A stretch of DNA of 64,000 nucleotides, taken from IMG/VR virus record IMGVR_UViG_3300021961_000023. The stretch is one strand, 5' to 3'. The position numbers and the translations under genes are program-made. This document shows, piece by piece, positions 31,213 through 42,400 of this stretch. The DNA is from a virus. The notes under the pieces are model-generated. The model saw nothing but the letters and a program-made list of their open reading frames with translations. It did no database searches and was not told where the DNA came from. The stretch's first letter is position 1. Every line of letters starts with the position of its first letter.

Positions 31213-31860
31213 ATGAAAAAAGTTATTATTGGAACACCTGCTCTCTATGGGCAGGTTTCTGCTTATTATACCCATGCTTTAGCCGAATCTACAAAAATAT
31301 GTACTTTAAGTGGAGTTGATTTAACTGCTCTTTTTCTATCAAATGAATCTATCTTGCCGTTAGCAAGAAATGAACTTTTAAATATAGCGTACAAAAGTTC
31401 ATGTGATGAGTTTATTTTCATTGATGCAGATATTTCTTGGAATCCTCAACACATAATGGAAATAATAAACTCAAAATATGATGTTGTAGGTATTCCTTAT
31501 CCTAAAAAAACTGATAAATCTTCTGAATATGATATAGTCGTTACTTCAGGACAATCTTTGGGTGATTATATTGAAGTTGATTTAATCGGAACTGGTTTTT
31601 TAAAACTTAGCAAAAAAGTTCTACATGATCTTTGGAATGAAAGTGAAGAAGTAGTTTTCAGAGAAAAATCTATCAAAGAAATATGCAAGTATGGTAAAAA
31701 AGGTAATAAGTTCATTGGTGAGGATTATAATCTTTGTGAGACTATACAGGGATTAGGTTATAAAATATATGCATATACTAAACACACTTGCAACCATATC
31801 GGAAGTAAGGTTTATACTGCTGATTTTTATTCAGATTTAGTAAAATCTTTGTATGGATAA
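31213..31860 (+). CDS. GT-A fold (family 2-like) glycosyltransferase
   Basis: ARN..., FIFIDADISW (DxD), IGTGFL, GEDY..C, HIG. Confidence 0.75.
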   Translation: MKKVIIGTPALYGQVSAYYTHALAESTKICTLSGVDLTALFLSNESILPLARNELLNIAYKSSCDEFIFIDADISWNPQHIMEIINSKYDVVGIPYPKKTDKSSEYDIVVTSGQSLGDYIEVDLIGTGFLKLSKKVLHDLWNESEEVVFREKSIKEICKYGKKGNKFIGEDYNLCETIQGLGYKIYAYTKHTCNHIGSKVYTADFYSDLVKSLYG

Positions 31861-31862
31861 AT

Positions 31863-31921
31863 GTGCCACTTTAAAAACTGACACAAGGGGGGTTGCGACC
31901 CCTCTTTTTTTATGCCATACT
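31863..31921 (+). promoter_or_regulatory. Early palindrome/promoter element, copy 3
   Basis: GTGCCACTTTAAAAACTGACACA; TTGCGA-N17-CATACT. Confidence 0.75.
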
Positions 31922-31945
31922 ACTAAGGTAATCGAGAGATCCCCC

Positions 31946-32389
31946 ATGGGAACCGCTTTTGCTGACTTCTGTGCTGAGCAAGATGCCCGCAACACTATTC
32001 AACTGAATGTTGTTAAGTGGTGCTGGATGCTGACTGATGCTCTTCGTCAGAATTATATTGATCAAGCTATTCGTGGCCACAAACGTTATGTTGATCGTGG
32101 CGAAAATGCTCACTATCATCAGGCATGTATTACTGATCTTTCTAGTGGTCGTTGCCCGATTGATTATCAAATTGAATCTGGCAAGAAGTATCACAAACTC
32201 ATCATGGTTGATGGTGGTGGTTCCCGCTCTGTTCATGCTTTTGTGGATAAAAAGACTGGTGAAGTCTATAAATCTGCCAGTTGGAAAGCACCAGCGAAAG
32301 GTGTTCGTTATGATCTGCGACTGATCAAAGATCGTGAATGGTTGCTTGAGAATGTAGACTGGAGTGGTGGTTATTTGTACGCTCGCTAA
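31946..32389 (+). CDS. Conserved phage hypothetical protein
   Basis: SVHAFVDKKTGEVYKSASWKAPAKGVRY. Start moved to the ATG at 31946, downstream of the promoter. Confidence 0.75.
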   Translation: MGTAFADFCAEQDARNTIQLNVVKWCWMLTDALRQNYIDQAIRGHKRYVDRGENAHYHQACITDLSSGRCPIDYQIESGKKYHKLIMVDGGGSRSVHAFVDKKTGEVYKSASWKAPAKGVRYDLRLIKDREWLLENVDWSGGYLYAR

Positions 32390-32495
32390 GGTATCCTAAC
32401 CTAAACTATATTTGAACCACCTTAGAGACGCTCTCAGCAGCGTCTCTTGTGGTTTCAGTTAATATGTGCTATAGTATCATGAGTGGATTTTACCT

Positions 32496-33356
32496 ATGAA
32501 ACCTTTATTCATTTGGGCAGGTGGTAAAAATAAAATGTTGAAGCACTATCTGCCTCTGATGCCCACAGAGGTTAATAGTTATTGCGAACCATTCTTTGGT
32601 GGTGGAGCAATGTTTATCCATGTTGTAAAAACTTATAACCCATCACGATTGGTAATCAATGACATCAATGATGATGTTATGAACATCTATCGTTCGATTG
32701 CATATGATTATGAAGTTTTCAAAGATAGACTGAATAATCTTGAGGAAAAGTATATTCCTTTGGACAAAGCAGGTCGTAAAGCATTCTACTTTGAAGTGCG
32801 ACATGAACATGCATATGATTATGAACAGTGGTCAAAACCAGTAGAAGCAGCAACTCTATACTTCTTGATGAAGACTGGTTTTAACGGTATCTATCAGTTG
32901 AATAAAAATACCAATGGACGTTATGGAACTCCATCTGGATTATTAAATCAAAAGGATACTGTATATGATCGGGATGTGCTAGATTGGTGGCATCTTGTTC
33001 TACAAAAAACAGAGATTCTTTCTGGCGATTACAATAATGCAGTTCAGGATGTAAAATCTACTTTCCACTTTTTTGATCCTCCATATCGTGATAGTTTTGC
33101 AGATTATGGCAATGGATTCAGTGATGAGGATCTTCTGCACCTGATTGCAATTTCTGATCTGCGTAGGAATGTATTTCTATGTAATCGTGATAGTGGAGAT
33201 GGTTGGTTTGATGATCATAAGATGAGTCTCAATATTGCTAGATTCCCTGTAACTTATACTGCAGGACGACGTAAGAAAACTGATACAGGATTTGTGGCAA
33301 AACCTGCCACTGAAGTTTTGCTTTATCGTACAGTTCAAAATAATCTTTTTGAGTGA
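32496..33356 (+). CDS. D12-class (Dam-family) N6-adenine DNA methyltransferase; specificity probably not GATC
   Basis: WAGGK, EPFFGGGA (motif I), INDIN, DPPY (motif IV); extended -10 TGCTATAGT at 32467..32475. Confidence 0.9.
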   Translation: MKPLFIWAGGKNKMLKHYLPLMPTEVNSYCEPFFGGGAMFIHVVKTYNPSRLVINDINDDVMNIYRSIAYDYEVFKDRLNNLEEKYIPLDKAGRKAFYFEVRHEHAYDYEQWSKPVEAATLYFLMKTGFNGIYQLNKNTNGRYGTPSGLLNQKDTVYDRDVLDWWHLVLQKTEILSGDYNNAVQDVKSTFHFFDPPYRDSFADYGNGFSDEDLLHLIAISDLRRNVFLCNRDSGDGWFDDHKMSLNIARFPVTYTAGRRKKTDTGFVAKPATEVLLYRTVQNNLFE

Positions 33357-33357
33357 T

Positions 33358-33783
33358 ATGTTTATTCCAGAATCTGAATATCAAAACATACTGAAGGTAA
33401 TGCCAGTCTTTTGTGTGGACTTTTTGATTAAATGTGATAATAAGTATCTGCTTATCAAAAGAACTCAAGAACCAGTGAAAGATGTTTATTGGGTGATTGG
33501 TGGAAGAATGAGATTTAAAGAAACTGTCAAAGACTTGGCATCAAGAGTTCAAACACGAGAGATTGGAAGATTTTTAGGAACAGGAAAAACGATAGGGTTT
33601 TCTAACTACCTCTTTCCAGATGTTCCTGATGCCAGAGCAACTCATACTCCAACTTTGCTACAACTTGTAGAAGTAAATCAGATGTTTGATCCTGTTCTTG
33701 ATGACACGAGTGCAGACTACATTTGGAGTGAAACTTTACCAGATGAACTTCTGAGACAAACTGAGTTTATTGTGCCAGTTTGA
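33358..33783 (+). CDS. Nudix hydrolase, GDP-mannose mannosyl hydrolase-like
   Basis: PVFCVDFLI...LLIKR..EP....WVIGGRM..KET...R...REIG...THT. Confidence 0.75.
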   Translation: MFIPESEYQNILKVMPVFCVDFLIKCDNKYLLIKRTQEPVKDVYWVIGGRMRFKETVKDLASRVQTREIGRFLGTGKTIGFSNYLFPDVPDARATHTPTLLQLVEVNQMFDPVLDDTSADYIWSETLPDELLRQTEFIVPV

Positions 33784-33829
33784 AAAGTGGCACAGTGTTT
33801 TCCCACGGTACGGGAAAACTTGGTATTAT
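33771..33829 (+). promoter_or_regulatory. Early palindrome/-10 element, copy 4
   Basis: TGTGCCAGTTTGAAAAGTGGCACA, then 29 nt, then TATTAT. Confidence 0.8.
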
Positions 33830-33854
33830 ACAAAGGTAATCAAGGGAATACCTG

Positions 33855-34046
33855 ATGGCACTCTCCTTTTCTTCCAGGGCACATCACATTGCTGCAGTGT
33901 ATGATGCTTGTGCTCTGATTCTTGATACCTACAAAGAATCTGATCTTTTCAAAGTTTATTCTGATGAAGGACTGGAAGATCACATCGATTTTGCTGCTAC
34001 GGCGCGTGAAATCATGGGTCTGATCGCTGAAGGTGACATCAAATGA
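33855..34046 (+). CDS. Small hypothetical protein, followed by further ORFs under 60 aa to about 34520
   Basis: First ORF after element copy 4; overlapping ATGA-type junctions downstream. Confidence 0.6.
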   Translation: MALSFSSRAHHIAAVYDACALILDTYKESDLFKVYSDEGLEDHIDFAATAREIMGLIAEGDIK

Positions 34047-34511
34047 TTACTGACACTATTCAAGATAAACAGATTCGCCGTTCTATTCTGAAAGCAGTTG
34101 AATCTATGGATCTGCGTCTATTGCAACGTATTGCTTATGAAGTGCGTTGTGAAGAAATGGGGATTTACCCTGATGGTTGGAAACTTTACCCTGAAAACTG
34201 ATGAACGTAGTAACAATGGTTGAACTTGATACCTGTCAGATCAGGTATTTGATTGACTTGATGTGGAGTATGAATCCTTCTATGTCTTCCCAACTTGCTG
34301 TACGTCATGGTATTGATGATTCCACACTTGAAAGACAACTGCAGATTGCACTTGGATCAGCACTAGCAGAAATATGACTTTCTTTCTTTGGTGGTTGGGG
34401 TTAGCAACTCTTGCTCTTATCTTTAACTATTGTCTTCATGCTAATAATGATGACGACGACTGATAAACTTATCTTTATTTCTTCTTTCATCTGGTTTCTG
34501 CATTGGGGTCA

Positions 34512-34988
34512 ATGTCTTACATTTCGCATTCTGGATACGGTTATCGCAAGCGGGTCTGTGAGGATGTTACCTCTTGGTTTCTGAATAAGTTCTTTCCCCG
34601 TCACAAGATCACAGTGGATATTGTGCATCGTGGTTTGCGACGTGAAAATGTTTATGGGTATTGTGATGTTGTAGGTGACACTTATCGCCCGCGTCACTTT
34701 CTGATTGAACTGAATACCTACATGGATGATGAGTTGTATATAAAAACTCTTCTACATGAACTGACTCACATGAAACAGTGGGTGATTGGTTCGCTAAGAC
34801 AAAAGCGTGGAAAGATGTATTATGGTAAAGAATGTATGGAAGATGTGGATTATTGGCATCAGGCACACGAAGTAGAGGCACGAGAGCAAGAAGAAACACT
34901 ATATGTAGAGTATTTGTTTGATGAATTGAATGTGCCAGATCAAGAAGTGGCACATTACTTTCCCAATCGCTTGCTCCACACCCTATAA
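34512..34988 (+). CDS. Zn metallopeptidase (HEXXH)
   Basis: YGYC...TLLHELTHMKQW...YW...HEVEA. Confidence 0.75.
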   Translation: MSYISHSGYGYRKRVCEDVTSWFLNKFFPRHKITVDIVHRGLRRENVYGYCDVVGDTYRPRHFLIELNTYMDDELYIKTLLHELTHMKQWVIGSLRQKRGKMYYGKECMEDVDYWHQAHEVEAREQEETLYVEYLFDELNVPDQEVAHYFPNRLLHTL

Positions 34989-34989
34989 T
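34931..34989 (+). promoter_or_regulatory. Early palindrome/-10 element, copy 5 (inside the 3' end of the peptidase gene)
   Basis: TGTGCCAGATCAAGAAGTGGCACA, then 29 nt, then TATAAT. Confidence 0.8.
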
Positions 34990-35012
34990 AACAAGGTAAT
35001 CAAAAACAACTC

Positions 35013-35441
35013 ATGGCAACCCGCGCACGCATTGGTATTCAACTGAAGAACGGTTCTATCCTTTCTGTGTATCATCACTGGGACGGTTATCCTGAATGGT
35101 TGGGTCGTATTCTGAATACTCATTACAACACCCGTCAAAAAGTTGCTGAACTGATTGATGGTGGTGATATGAGTTCTTGCTGGACTGAAGACCGCTGGAA
35201 TAGTGAGACCAAAGCACAAGAATATGGTCCTCAGTATTATTCTCAACGTGGTGAGGATCTTCCTCCTCGTCTTGATGCTGACCTGTGTGAGTATCTTCTT
35301 CCCGATGGTGCAGAAGAGTATCATTATCTCTACACCGATCTTTATAGTGAACCTAAGTGGGTATGTTATAATATGCACCAGTTTGTTGACAGCAAACTCC
35401 CCGAAGTTGTTGAAATCCCCTCTGCTGCTCTCGCTGTTTGA
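35013..35441 (+). CDS. Conserved phage hypothetical protein (Y.HWDGYP type)
   Basis: MATRARIG...SVYHHWDGYPEWLG...EY.YLY. Confidence 0.75.
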   Translation: MATRARIGIQLKNGSILSVYHHWDGYPEWLGRILNTHYNTRQKVAELIDGGDMSSCWTEDRWNSETKAQEYGPQYYSQRGEDLPPRLDADLCEYLLPDGAEEYHYLYTDLYSEPKWVCYNMHQFVDSKLPEVVEIPSAALAV

Positions 35442-35444
35442 TCT

Positions 35445-35648
35445 ATGAAAACTACTATCGACATTCCAACTGCTATTGGTGTTATTGCTGGTGCTGTTGT
35501 TATTGTAACAGCAAGCATCCTATTTGAGGCATGGTTGCTTGGTCTTATTCTGTCGTGGTTCAATGTATCTTTGACCTTCTGGCAGAACCTTGCTATCATT
35601 ATTTTGGCAAACCTGATCTTTAAGAACTCTGGAGGTTCTTCTAAATGA
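35445..35648 (+). CDS. Small membrane protein
   Basis: Two hydrophobic segments. Confidence 0.6.
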   Translation: MKTTIDIPTAIGVIAGAVVIVTASILFEAWLLGLILSWFNVSLTFWQNLAIIILANLIFKNSGGSSK

Positions 35649-35763
35649 TTACTACTATTATGGCAGGATTTGCTTTTGGATATTGTGTGATGGACATTAT
35701 CCAAAACTATCGTGCCCGTCGCACTATGAATGAACTTCTTAAATCTACTCTGGAGAATGACAA

Positions 35764-36171
35764 ATGAAACAACAAAACGGATATTTTGACCCTGTTGCTA
35801 TTCTTTTTATTGGTGGTGTCTTTGTGATTGGTGGTCTCCTCTTTATTGGTGGTCCTCAATACAATGTGTGGCAACAATCTCTTGCTGGTAAAGCAGAACT
35901 ACAGAAAGCAGAATACACCCGACAGGTTGCAGTTCTGGAAGCACAAGCAAAGAAAGATTCGGCACAACAACTTGCTGATGCTGAAATCATCCGTGCTACT
36001 GGTGTTGCTAAAGCAAACCAAATCATCGGTGACTCCCTGAAAGATAACCGTGAGTATCTTCAGTATCTGTATATCACTGGCCTGGAAGAAGGCAGCAACA
36101 AAGGTAACGTGACCATTTACGTTCCCACTGAAGGTGGTATGCCAGTTCCTACTCTTCAGATGAATAGGTAA
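35764..36171 (+). CDS. Membrane-anchored SPFH/band-7-like coiled-coil protein
   Basis: N-terminal TM helix, AE..RA.G.AKAN.IIGDSL...YLQYL.I and IYVPTE. Confidence 0.6.
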   Translation: MKQQNGYFDPVAILFIGGVFVIGGLLFIGGPQYNVWQQSLAGKAELQKAEYTRQVAVLEAQAKKDSAQQLADAEIIRATGVAKANQIIGDSLKDNREYLQYLYITGLEEGSNKGNVTIYVPTEGGMPVPTLQMNR

Positions 36172-36180
36172 CACTTTAGT

Positions 36181-36292
36181 AAAAACCTGATTTCTGGTTG
36201 TAGGGCAGGGTCCATTGGGCTCTGCCCTTAAAAATGCAAAAAATTTTGGTTTTTGCTCCAGTGGTGGACTGGGATCTCAGTGGGACTCAACG
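36181..36292 (-). repeat. 112-nt element B (inverted copy of 20511..20622)
   Basis: The reverse complement reads CGTTGAGTCCCACTGAGATCCCAGTCCACCACTGG...TGCATTTT. Confidence 0.85.
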
Positions 36293-36334
36293 TTAGAATC
36301 CACTCTACACCAGACCTTCTGTGCATTTAAAAAA

Positions 36335-36389
36335 CCAGTTGCCAAACTGGCACACTACCCACTTTCCACTGCCTGTCAAGACCTATAAT
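36335..36389 (+). promoter_or_regulatory. Early palindrome/-10 element, copy 6
   Basis: CCAGTTGCCAAACTGGCACA, then 29 nt, then TATAAT, then ACAAGGTAATC. Confidence 0.78.
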
Positions 36390-36413
36390 AACAAGGTAAT
36401 CGAAACCACGAAG

Positions 36414-39400
36414 ATGCCTGAGTTCTCTGGAGTTTTTCTGACCGTCCAAAATCATGGTTGCATTTACACTATTTGCACCGAAGGTGAACTGTTTTCTGCT
36501 CCCATCTACAAAGATGGTACTATGAACATGGAGGAGTTTGACCTTGTTGATTTTTACTCTGGTGATGAAGATGAAGTGGAGGAACTTGAAGGTATTCAAG
36601 CAGCACTGATTGATATGATGGTTCGCGTTGGTCTTTACTTCAAAAAACCCGTTGCAGCATGAACAGCAAAGCACTTGCATATGGTATACTGATTGCTGTT
36701 GGACTAATCGTATACAATGTATGGTTAGTCCAACGTGATCAAAAGTTGTTCAAAGCATATGATGCTTGCACACAGTTTACACATCACCCTGATTGCCCTT
36801 ACACAAAATGACCACAGTAAATGGACGACCAGTTATTGAACATGACTGGGAGGAAGAGTATCGAAAGCAGATGAAGTATCGTCTGTCAGAAGTTGTGAGT
36901 GAGTATCTTCAAGATGAAAAGATTTCTGTCCTTGGATTCTACAATGATCTGACTGATGAGATTAAAAGTTTGGTAGATTACCATAAAAAACACCAAGAAA
37001 AAGCAGAAGGTATGCTACACTTGGTAAATGGTACAAAACCTAACTCTGACTTTGACTGTATCACTGGCATTCCTTTTTAAAATGTACGAAGATTTTCAAA
37101 TGAATCACATGGACACTAAACTGAGCGGAATGAATCCTGATGAGTTCGTTGCATTTGTAGAAGAATGTGAGAAGGAGGCAGATCGTCTTGAAATCACAGT
37201 GGACTACTATATTGCAGAGTTCACTTAATAATGCTATAATCTTTTTGTTAACTTACGGAGACTCATGAAAAGAATCGTTGTTGATCTGACTGAAGAAGAG
37301 TTTGAATTTGTTGTAGATTCCCTTGAAACTCAGGGTAATCTCAATGATCTTTCCGATCTTGCAGATGACATCATTGATAAACTTTACGAAGGTTCAAAGG
37401 AACACTCTCTATGAAGTATGAACCCCAAGTCAACGATTATGTTATCTGGTCAGGTAGAGAACATGTTCAAGGTTGGGTATACTTCAAAGATAAAAACTAT
37501 GTAACCATAGAGACTCAGGTAATACCAAAACATCCTGAAAGTTACAAAGACTGTAAACTACATGAAAATCATAGAGTCTTAGTTCTTTGTTATAGAGAGC
37601 AATGGAATCACCTAAACTATGTCAGATCAAGGAGTACAAAGTATGAGTGCTGAATCAAACTATGAAAAACTCAAGGAGTACTTGACGATCAAGTATAACT
37701 ATCTGGCACAACTAGGTAGATTCAATCTTGGAGAACGGGAGGGTTTGGAATCAGAGTATCAATGGAGATTGATCAGCGATATTATGGAATATGTTGATAA
37801 GATTGATCAACTTGACTACTTGATTGATACAGTAAAAACAAAAAAGACATCTGATTTCACAGTTATTAACGGAAACCTAAACAATGACCAAGGTTAAAAC
37901 TCAGTCTAATCTGAGCAAGAATCTCAAAACTCTAACTGAAACTTCTCCTACAAAATCTAAAGTCAAACCTGAACCAAAAACTAAGGTTAAGACCAAAAAT
38001 ACTCCAGAAGAAATTAAAGCAGTTAGAAGTGCAGATAAAACTCTGTTTCCACATGTTACTTTTCCATATCGATTAGACGATAAGAAAGAAAATAAAGTCT
38101 GTTGGTTTTCATGTTATCACCATGCAGAAAAATATATTACACGCTACCGACTTTCATCTAAGGAATACAAATTATGGCACTGTCCCAATCTGTTGAAGAA
38201 TCCCTAAAAGAAGCAGAGGCATCTCTTCGCAATGCACTTGCGTATGCAGCACGTCAAGAACGTCCTGTTATATGCACAACGATTTCAAAAGTGATCCAAG
38301 AGATTGAAGCACTTCAAACATTTGATAGTTTGATGGACAAACTGGAGAATCGTAAACCTGGAAGCAGTGGTAACTTTGGTTCATTCTTTGGTGAGTAAAG
38401 AACTGTTACAACACTCTAAAGACAAGATTAAGGATTACAACAACTCCCTTAAATACTGTTAGGATATGAACACAACACAAGTACGGGAGCATTTCTGTGA
38501 CACATTCATCAGGAAAAAAAGAAAAACTTACTGATGCCGAATGGAACGAAATGATTGCCTTAAAGAGAGCAATCAACCAGAGACCCCAATCAGTTCATCC
38601 TGATAAAATGGAAGAGTTTACTGAGTATTTGGTTCGTAGTTTAAGAGAAAAGGGTGGATGACTAAACTTATTTCTAAATCTGATCCTCAATATTTTGAGG
38701 TTACATCGACTGAACTTTATGATCGTCATGATTACAAAGTAGTTCTCTCTAATCAGCAAAGTTTCACTTTTGATAACTATGCTGATTGTTTTGCTCTATG
38801 GATTAGAACTCCAGATGAGTTAAAAGGTTACGTTGAAGTATTAGATCGTAAGCAAAAGAAAGGATTCAAATGAATATCAGACAACATCAAATAAAATCCA
38901 GTTGGTATTACATCTTTTGGGGTGCTATGGCAGTTGCTGTGGTTGGCGGACAAATCTATGTTGGCACAGGATACCGTGAGATGGCAAAGGCATCGCGTGA
39001 CACTGCAATAACTGTCACATGCATACCAGAATATCACTCCACACCTGTTAAACTGAACAGGTCTGGAGAATTTGAATGACCCTTGATTTTCCTCATACAG
39101 CACCAGAAGGTTATCGCTATGAAACTGAACCCTTTAAACGTAATGTTGATGCAATCTGGATTCATCATTGTCGCAGGTTTGATTACAATCTTGGTAGCGA
39201 CGTTCGTTGTATCTGGGGATTCTACAACAACAAAACAAAAGAATACTTCGCACCCATTAATAGTAAGACCGTTGGTAAGCGCGTAGATATCAAAGAAACT
39301 ACACCTTATTCTGCAATGCAGATTAAAATGACTCCACTTGAACGAGCATTCATATGAAACTGATTAAGTTTAATCATCGAGAAGACTTTGGACATGAGTG

Positions 39401-42400
39401 GTATGTTCAACTTCTTAATATCAAAGGGTGGTCACTCTTTCAAGGATCTGTAACTTGGAATGATTACCCATCTTGGCCTTATCTTCAAATCAAATCAGGA
39501 ACTGGTAGCACACTGAGCATACTCTTTTGGGCATATAAGTTTGGATTTGATTTAGACATTCTTTCCCGTACTTGGCACTGGGATTGGTTAGACAAAGCAA
39601 ATGAGGAAAGTGAAGATGTACAGCACTCTGGTCCGTGGGACTGATAAAAAAGGAGTTAAACTAAACTGGTGGGAATATTGGATTGGTCATTGTTGGATGA
39701 CTGGGTGGCAGAGCATTGCGATGACTTTTCGCATTTGGTCTGATTTAATGTGTTCTAACTACGATGGTTATGCTCTACTTAAAGGAGATGATCCAGAAGG
39801 TGAATGTATAGAATGGTTCTGGGCATCACTAAATGAAGATGATGTTTATCCTAAAGAGTTTCTTGAGGAACTCATGCAAATGGCAGATGATGTGGAGACT
39901 GGTAAAGTAAAGACATATCCATTACCTGAAGACTTCTTTGATAAAATGAAAGATCTTGTGGGTGATATTGAAGTAAACTTAAATGAGCAGTTACCTGATG
40001 AAACTACCTGACGATAATCAACTGAATATTATGTGGAGTGTGGCAACGTCGTCCAGTATTGAAAGTGGCACACGCCCCCACCTAATCTTTGCCAGGTTGC
40101 TGTATAGTACTCTTACAAACGAAAAACCACGGGTAGGACTTGCAAATGACGTACAAAGCATCTCTTAAAGTTCAGTTTGATACTGAATGGACTTCCACTC
40201 ATTATAGCAGTGGTTTTGATGATTCAATGCTCCCCGAAGAGCATTATACTTTTCAGGTTCCTGCCGAAGACCTTAACACTTATCAACTGTTTCGTTTTTT
40301 CGCAACTGTTGCCCGTGCAATGGGACACGATGACATCAACATTATGAAAGGTGCTTGTGGTCTTGCATTTGGTGAAGAGAGGAAACCAGAAGATATGCGT
40401 AAAGTTGCCGAAGAGTTTGAACTGACTCTTGCAGAAGATTTGCAAGATAAGTTCAAAGATTGGAAAGAAGCAGAAGCAGAATGGGAGCGTCTTAAAAAGG
40501 GTCCTATGGGAACTGTTCTGGCTGATGATGTTGAAGCAGAATGAACTACCTTTGTTTGGTTGATGGTCTACTTGAATACATGAGCACTAGTCCATCACAC
40601 TTCGCACACTATCAGTTAGTGTATGCTGAAGAGCACCGTGATGCTAACGTTCAGTATCTTACTCTGACTGATGAAGAGTATGATGAAATGTTCCCTTGTG
40701 AGGAGGATGAGGAATGAGTCTGATTGATACGCTAGAATACTTCATCGATGACCAACGTGGTCGTCTGCAGGATATTGAATGGGAGATCCGCGAAGAAACA
40801 AACTACGATAACGAAGGGCATGATGAACGTATGGCAGACTTCTGTGAGCAATATGATGAACATGTAGAACGTTTAGAAGATCTCAAACAAATCAAATCTA
40901 TCATCGAGGCACAACTATGAGTGAAGATATTCCTTGGGTGATTGGATTGACTGATGAAGAAGTTCAAGAACTCCGCAGTAAGAAACAAGAACTCACAGAA
41001 TATGGAAAGGAGAAAATACGAGAACTTATGAATGATGGTAAGTTGAGGTTTTATGATAAAGGAAAAGAAACTCTCACAATAGATGGTAGTTCTTGGGGGA
41101 AAATCCAAACTCCAGAAATGAAATTAGAGATCAAAGAAATGACACACGAGGAAATGCTTGAAGAAGCAGCAAAACGAGAAGCAGAAAACAAAGCATTAGA
41201 AGCAGTAGAAAAACTTTATGCTGAAAATGGTGATGCTTTAAAAGAACTTGCTGCGATTGAACGACAGGAACTGATTGAACAACTAGAAGTCAAGAAGAAA
41301 GAAAACTTCCGACTGGTTGCAAAGGCGTGTATGCAAGAGTATGAGAAGACATACAATCATGATACATTCCCAATGAGTGAACATTGGGTGTATATGGTCA
41401 GTGAGTATTTTGGCACAGGTGAAGGTCAAACTACCTGCATTATGATGACACAGGCAAGTCCTGGTCATGCGGAAGATTTTGAAACCTCTACCAATAAGTA
41501 TGTTGCTTGCACAACCAAAGAATATCGTGCAGTGCGTGAGTTTCATAAACAGTTTGGCACTTGGATGTTGCACGGATTGAAGTTTGTAACCAAAGAGGAT
41601 TTCTTTGCAAGTTATGCATATTACATTCCACCAGTGATGATGAAACTGTCTAATAAACCGTGTTATAAAACTTTCTACACTTACGTTCACTACAACTTCT
41701 CATGACCGATAAAGAACTCTACAACCCCGATGAGTTTCTGCTTGATAACATCAAAGGGTATCACTATGAGGTGATGGATGAAGGGCATCATGTGTGGATG
41801 GCATTCTATTTTGAGAATGGCAACACAGGACACTTGAATATCTTCCTGAATGATGGTAAGATTAACACACGTTATGAGGAATGGGTGAATGACTGACAGA
41901 GACACCTATTATAATATGAGTAAGTGGGATTGGTTCCTTGAGGGATTCCGTCACCTTCCTTATATCCTTGATTGTTATGAGACCGTAGAGCACTTTCCTG
42001 ATGACTTCTGGGAGGGATTATCTTGGGGTTGGATGACAGAATATATCTATCCTTATGATGATCCTTACAATCCTTATCTGTCACGTGAAAGAAAGTTGAG
42101 ACTGGGAAGATGGTAATACTTCATAAACTCATAATCACCAACAAGTATCTCCGTTACACTCCATTCTGGTGGTGGTGGAGGTTAATGTCCCACGAAGGTT
42201 TCAGGTTTGATGACTACTATGTGTGGGGTGAGTTCTGGCATTCTCTCAGTAGTGGATGGGAGCATATGGAATATGTGAATGAGTTTGAGAAGTATTGGGG
42301 TGAAGGTTCCTATCCACCAGAGAAGATTGTTCTACCCAAAGAGGACTTTGATGCTCTGGTAGATAAGTTGAATGAACCACCACAATATAATGAAAGTATT

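Noticed and set aside
32496-33356. Gene symbol dam
   Set aside because: The family is right, but the GATC-reading residues equivalent to K9 and R124 are not conserved.
20511-36292. Composite transposon or invertase-controlled segment bounded by the inverted elements
   Set aside because: No transposase or site-specific recombinase is recognisable, no target duplication was seen, and genes inside and outside are co-oriented. It is kept only as an unexplained repeat pair.
38401-38470. Possible Pho-box-like repeats (CTAAAGAC...TTAAGGA...TTAAATA)
   Set aside because: The match to the cyanobacterial consensus and its 11-bp period is too weak, and no phosphate gene follows.
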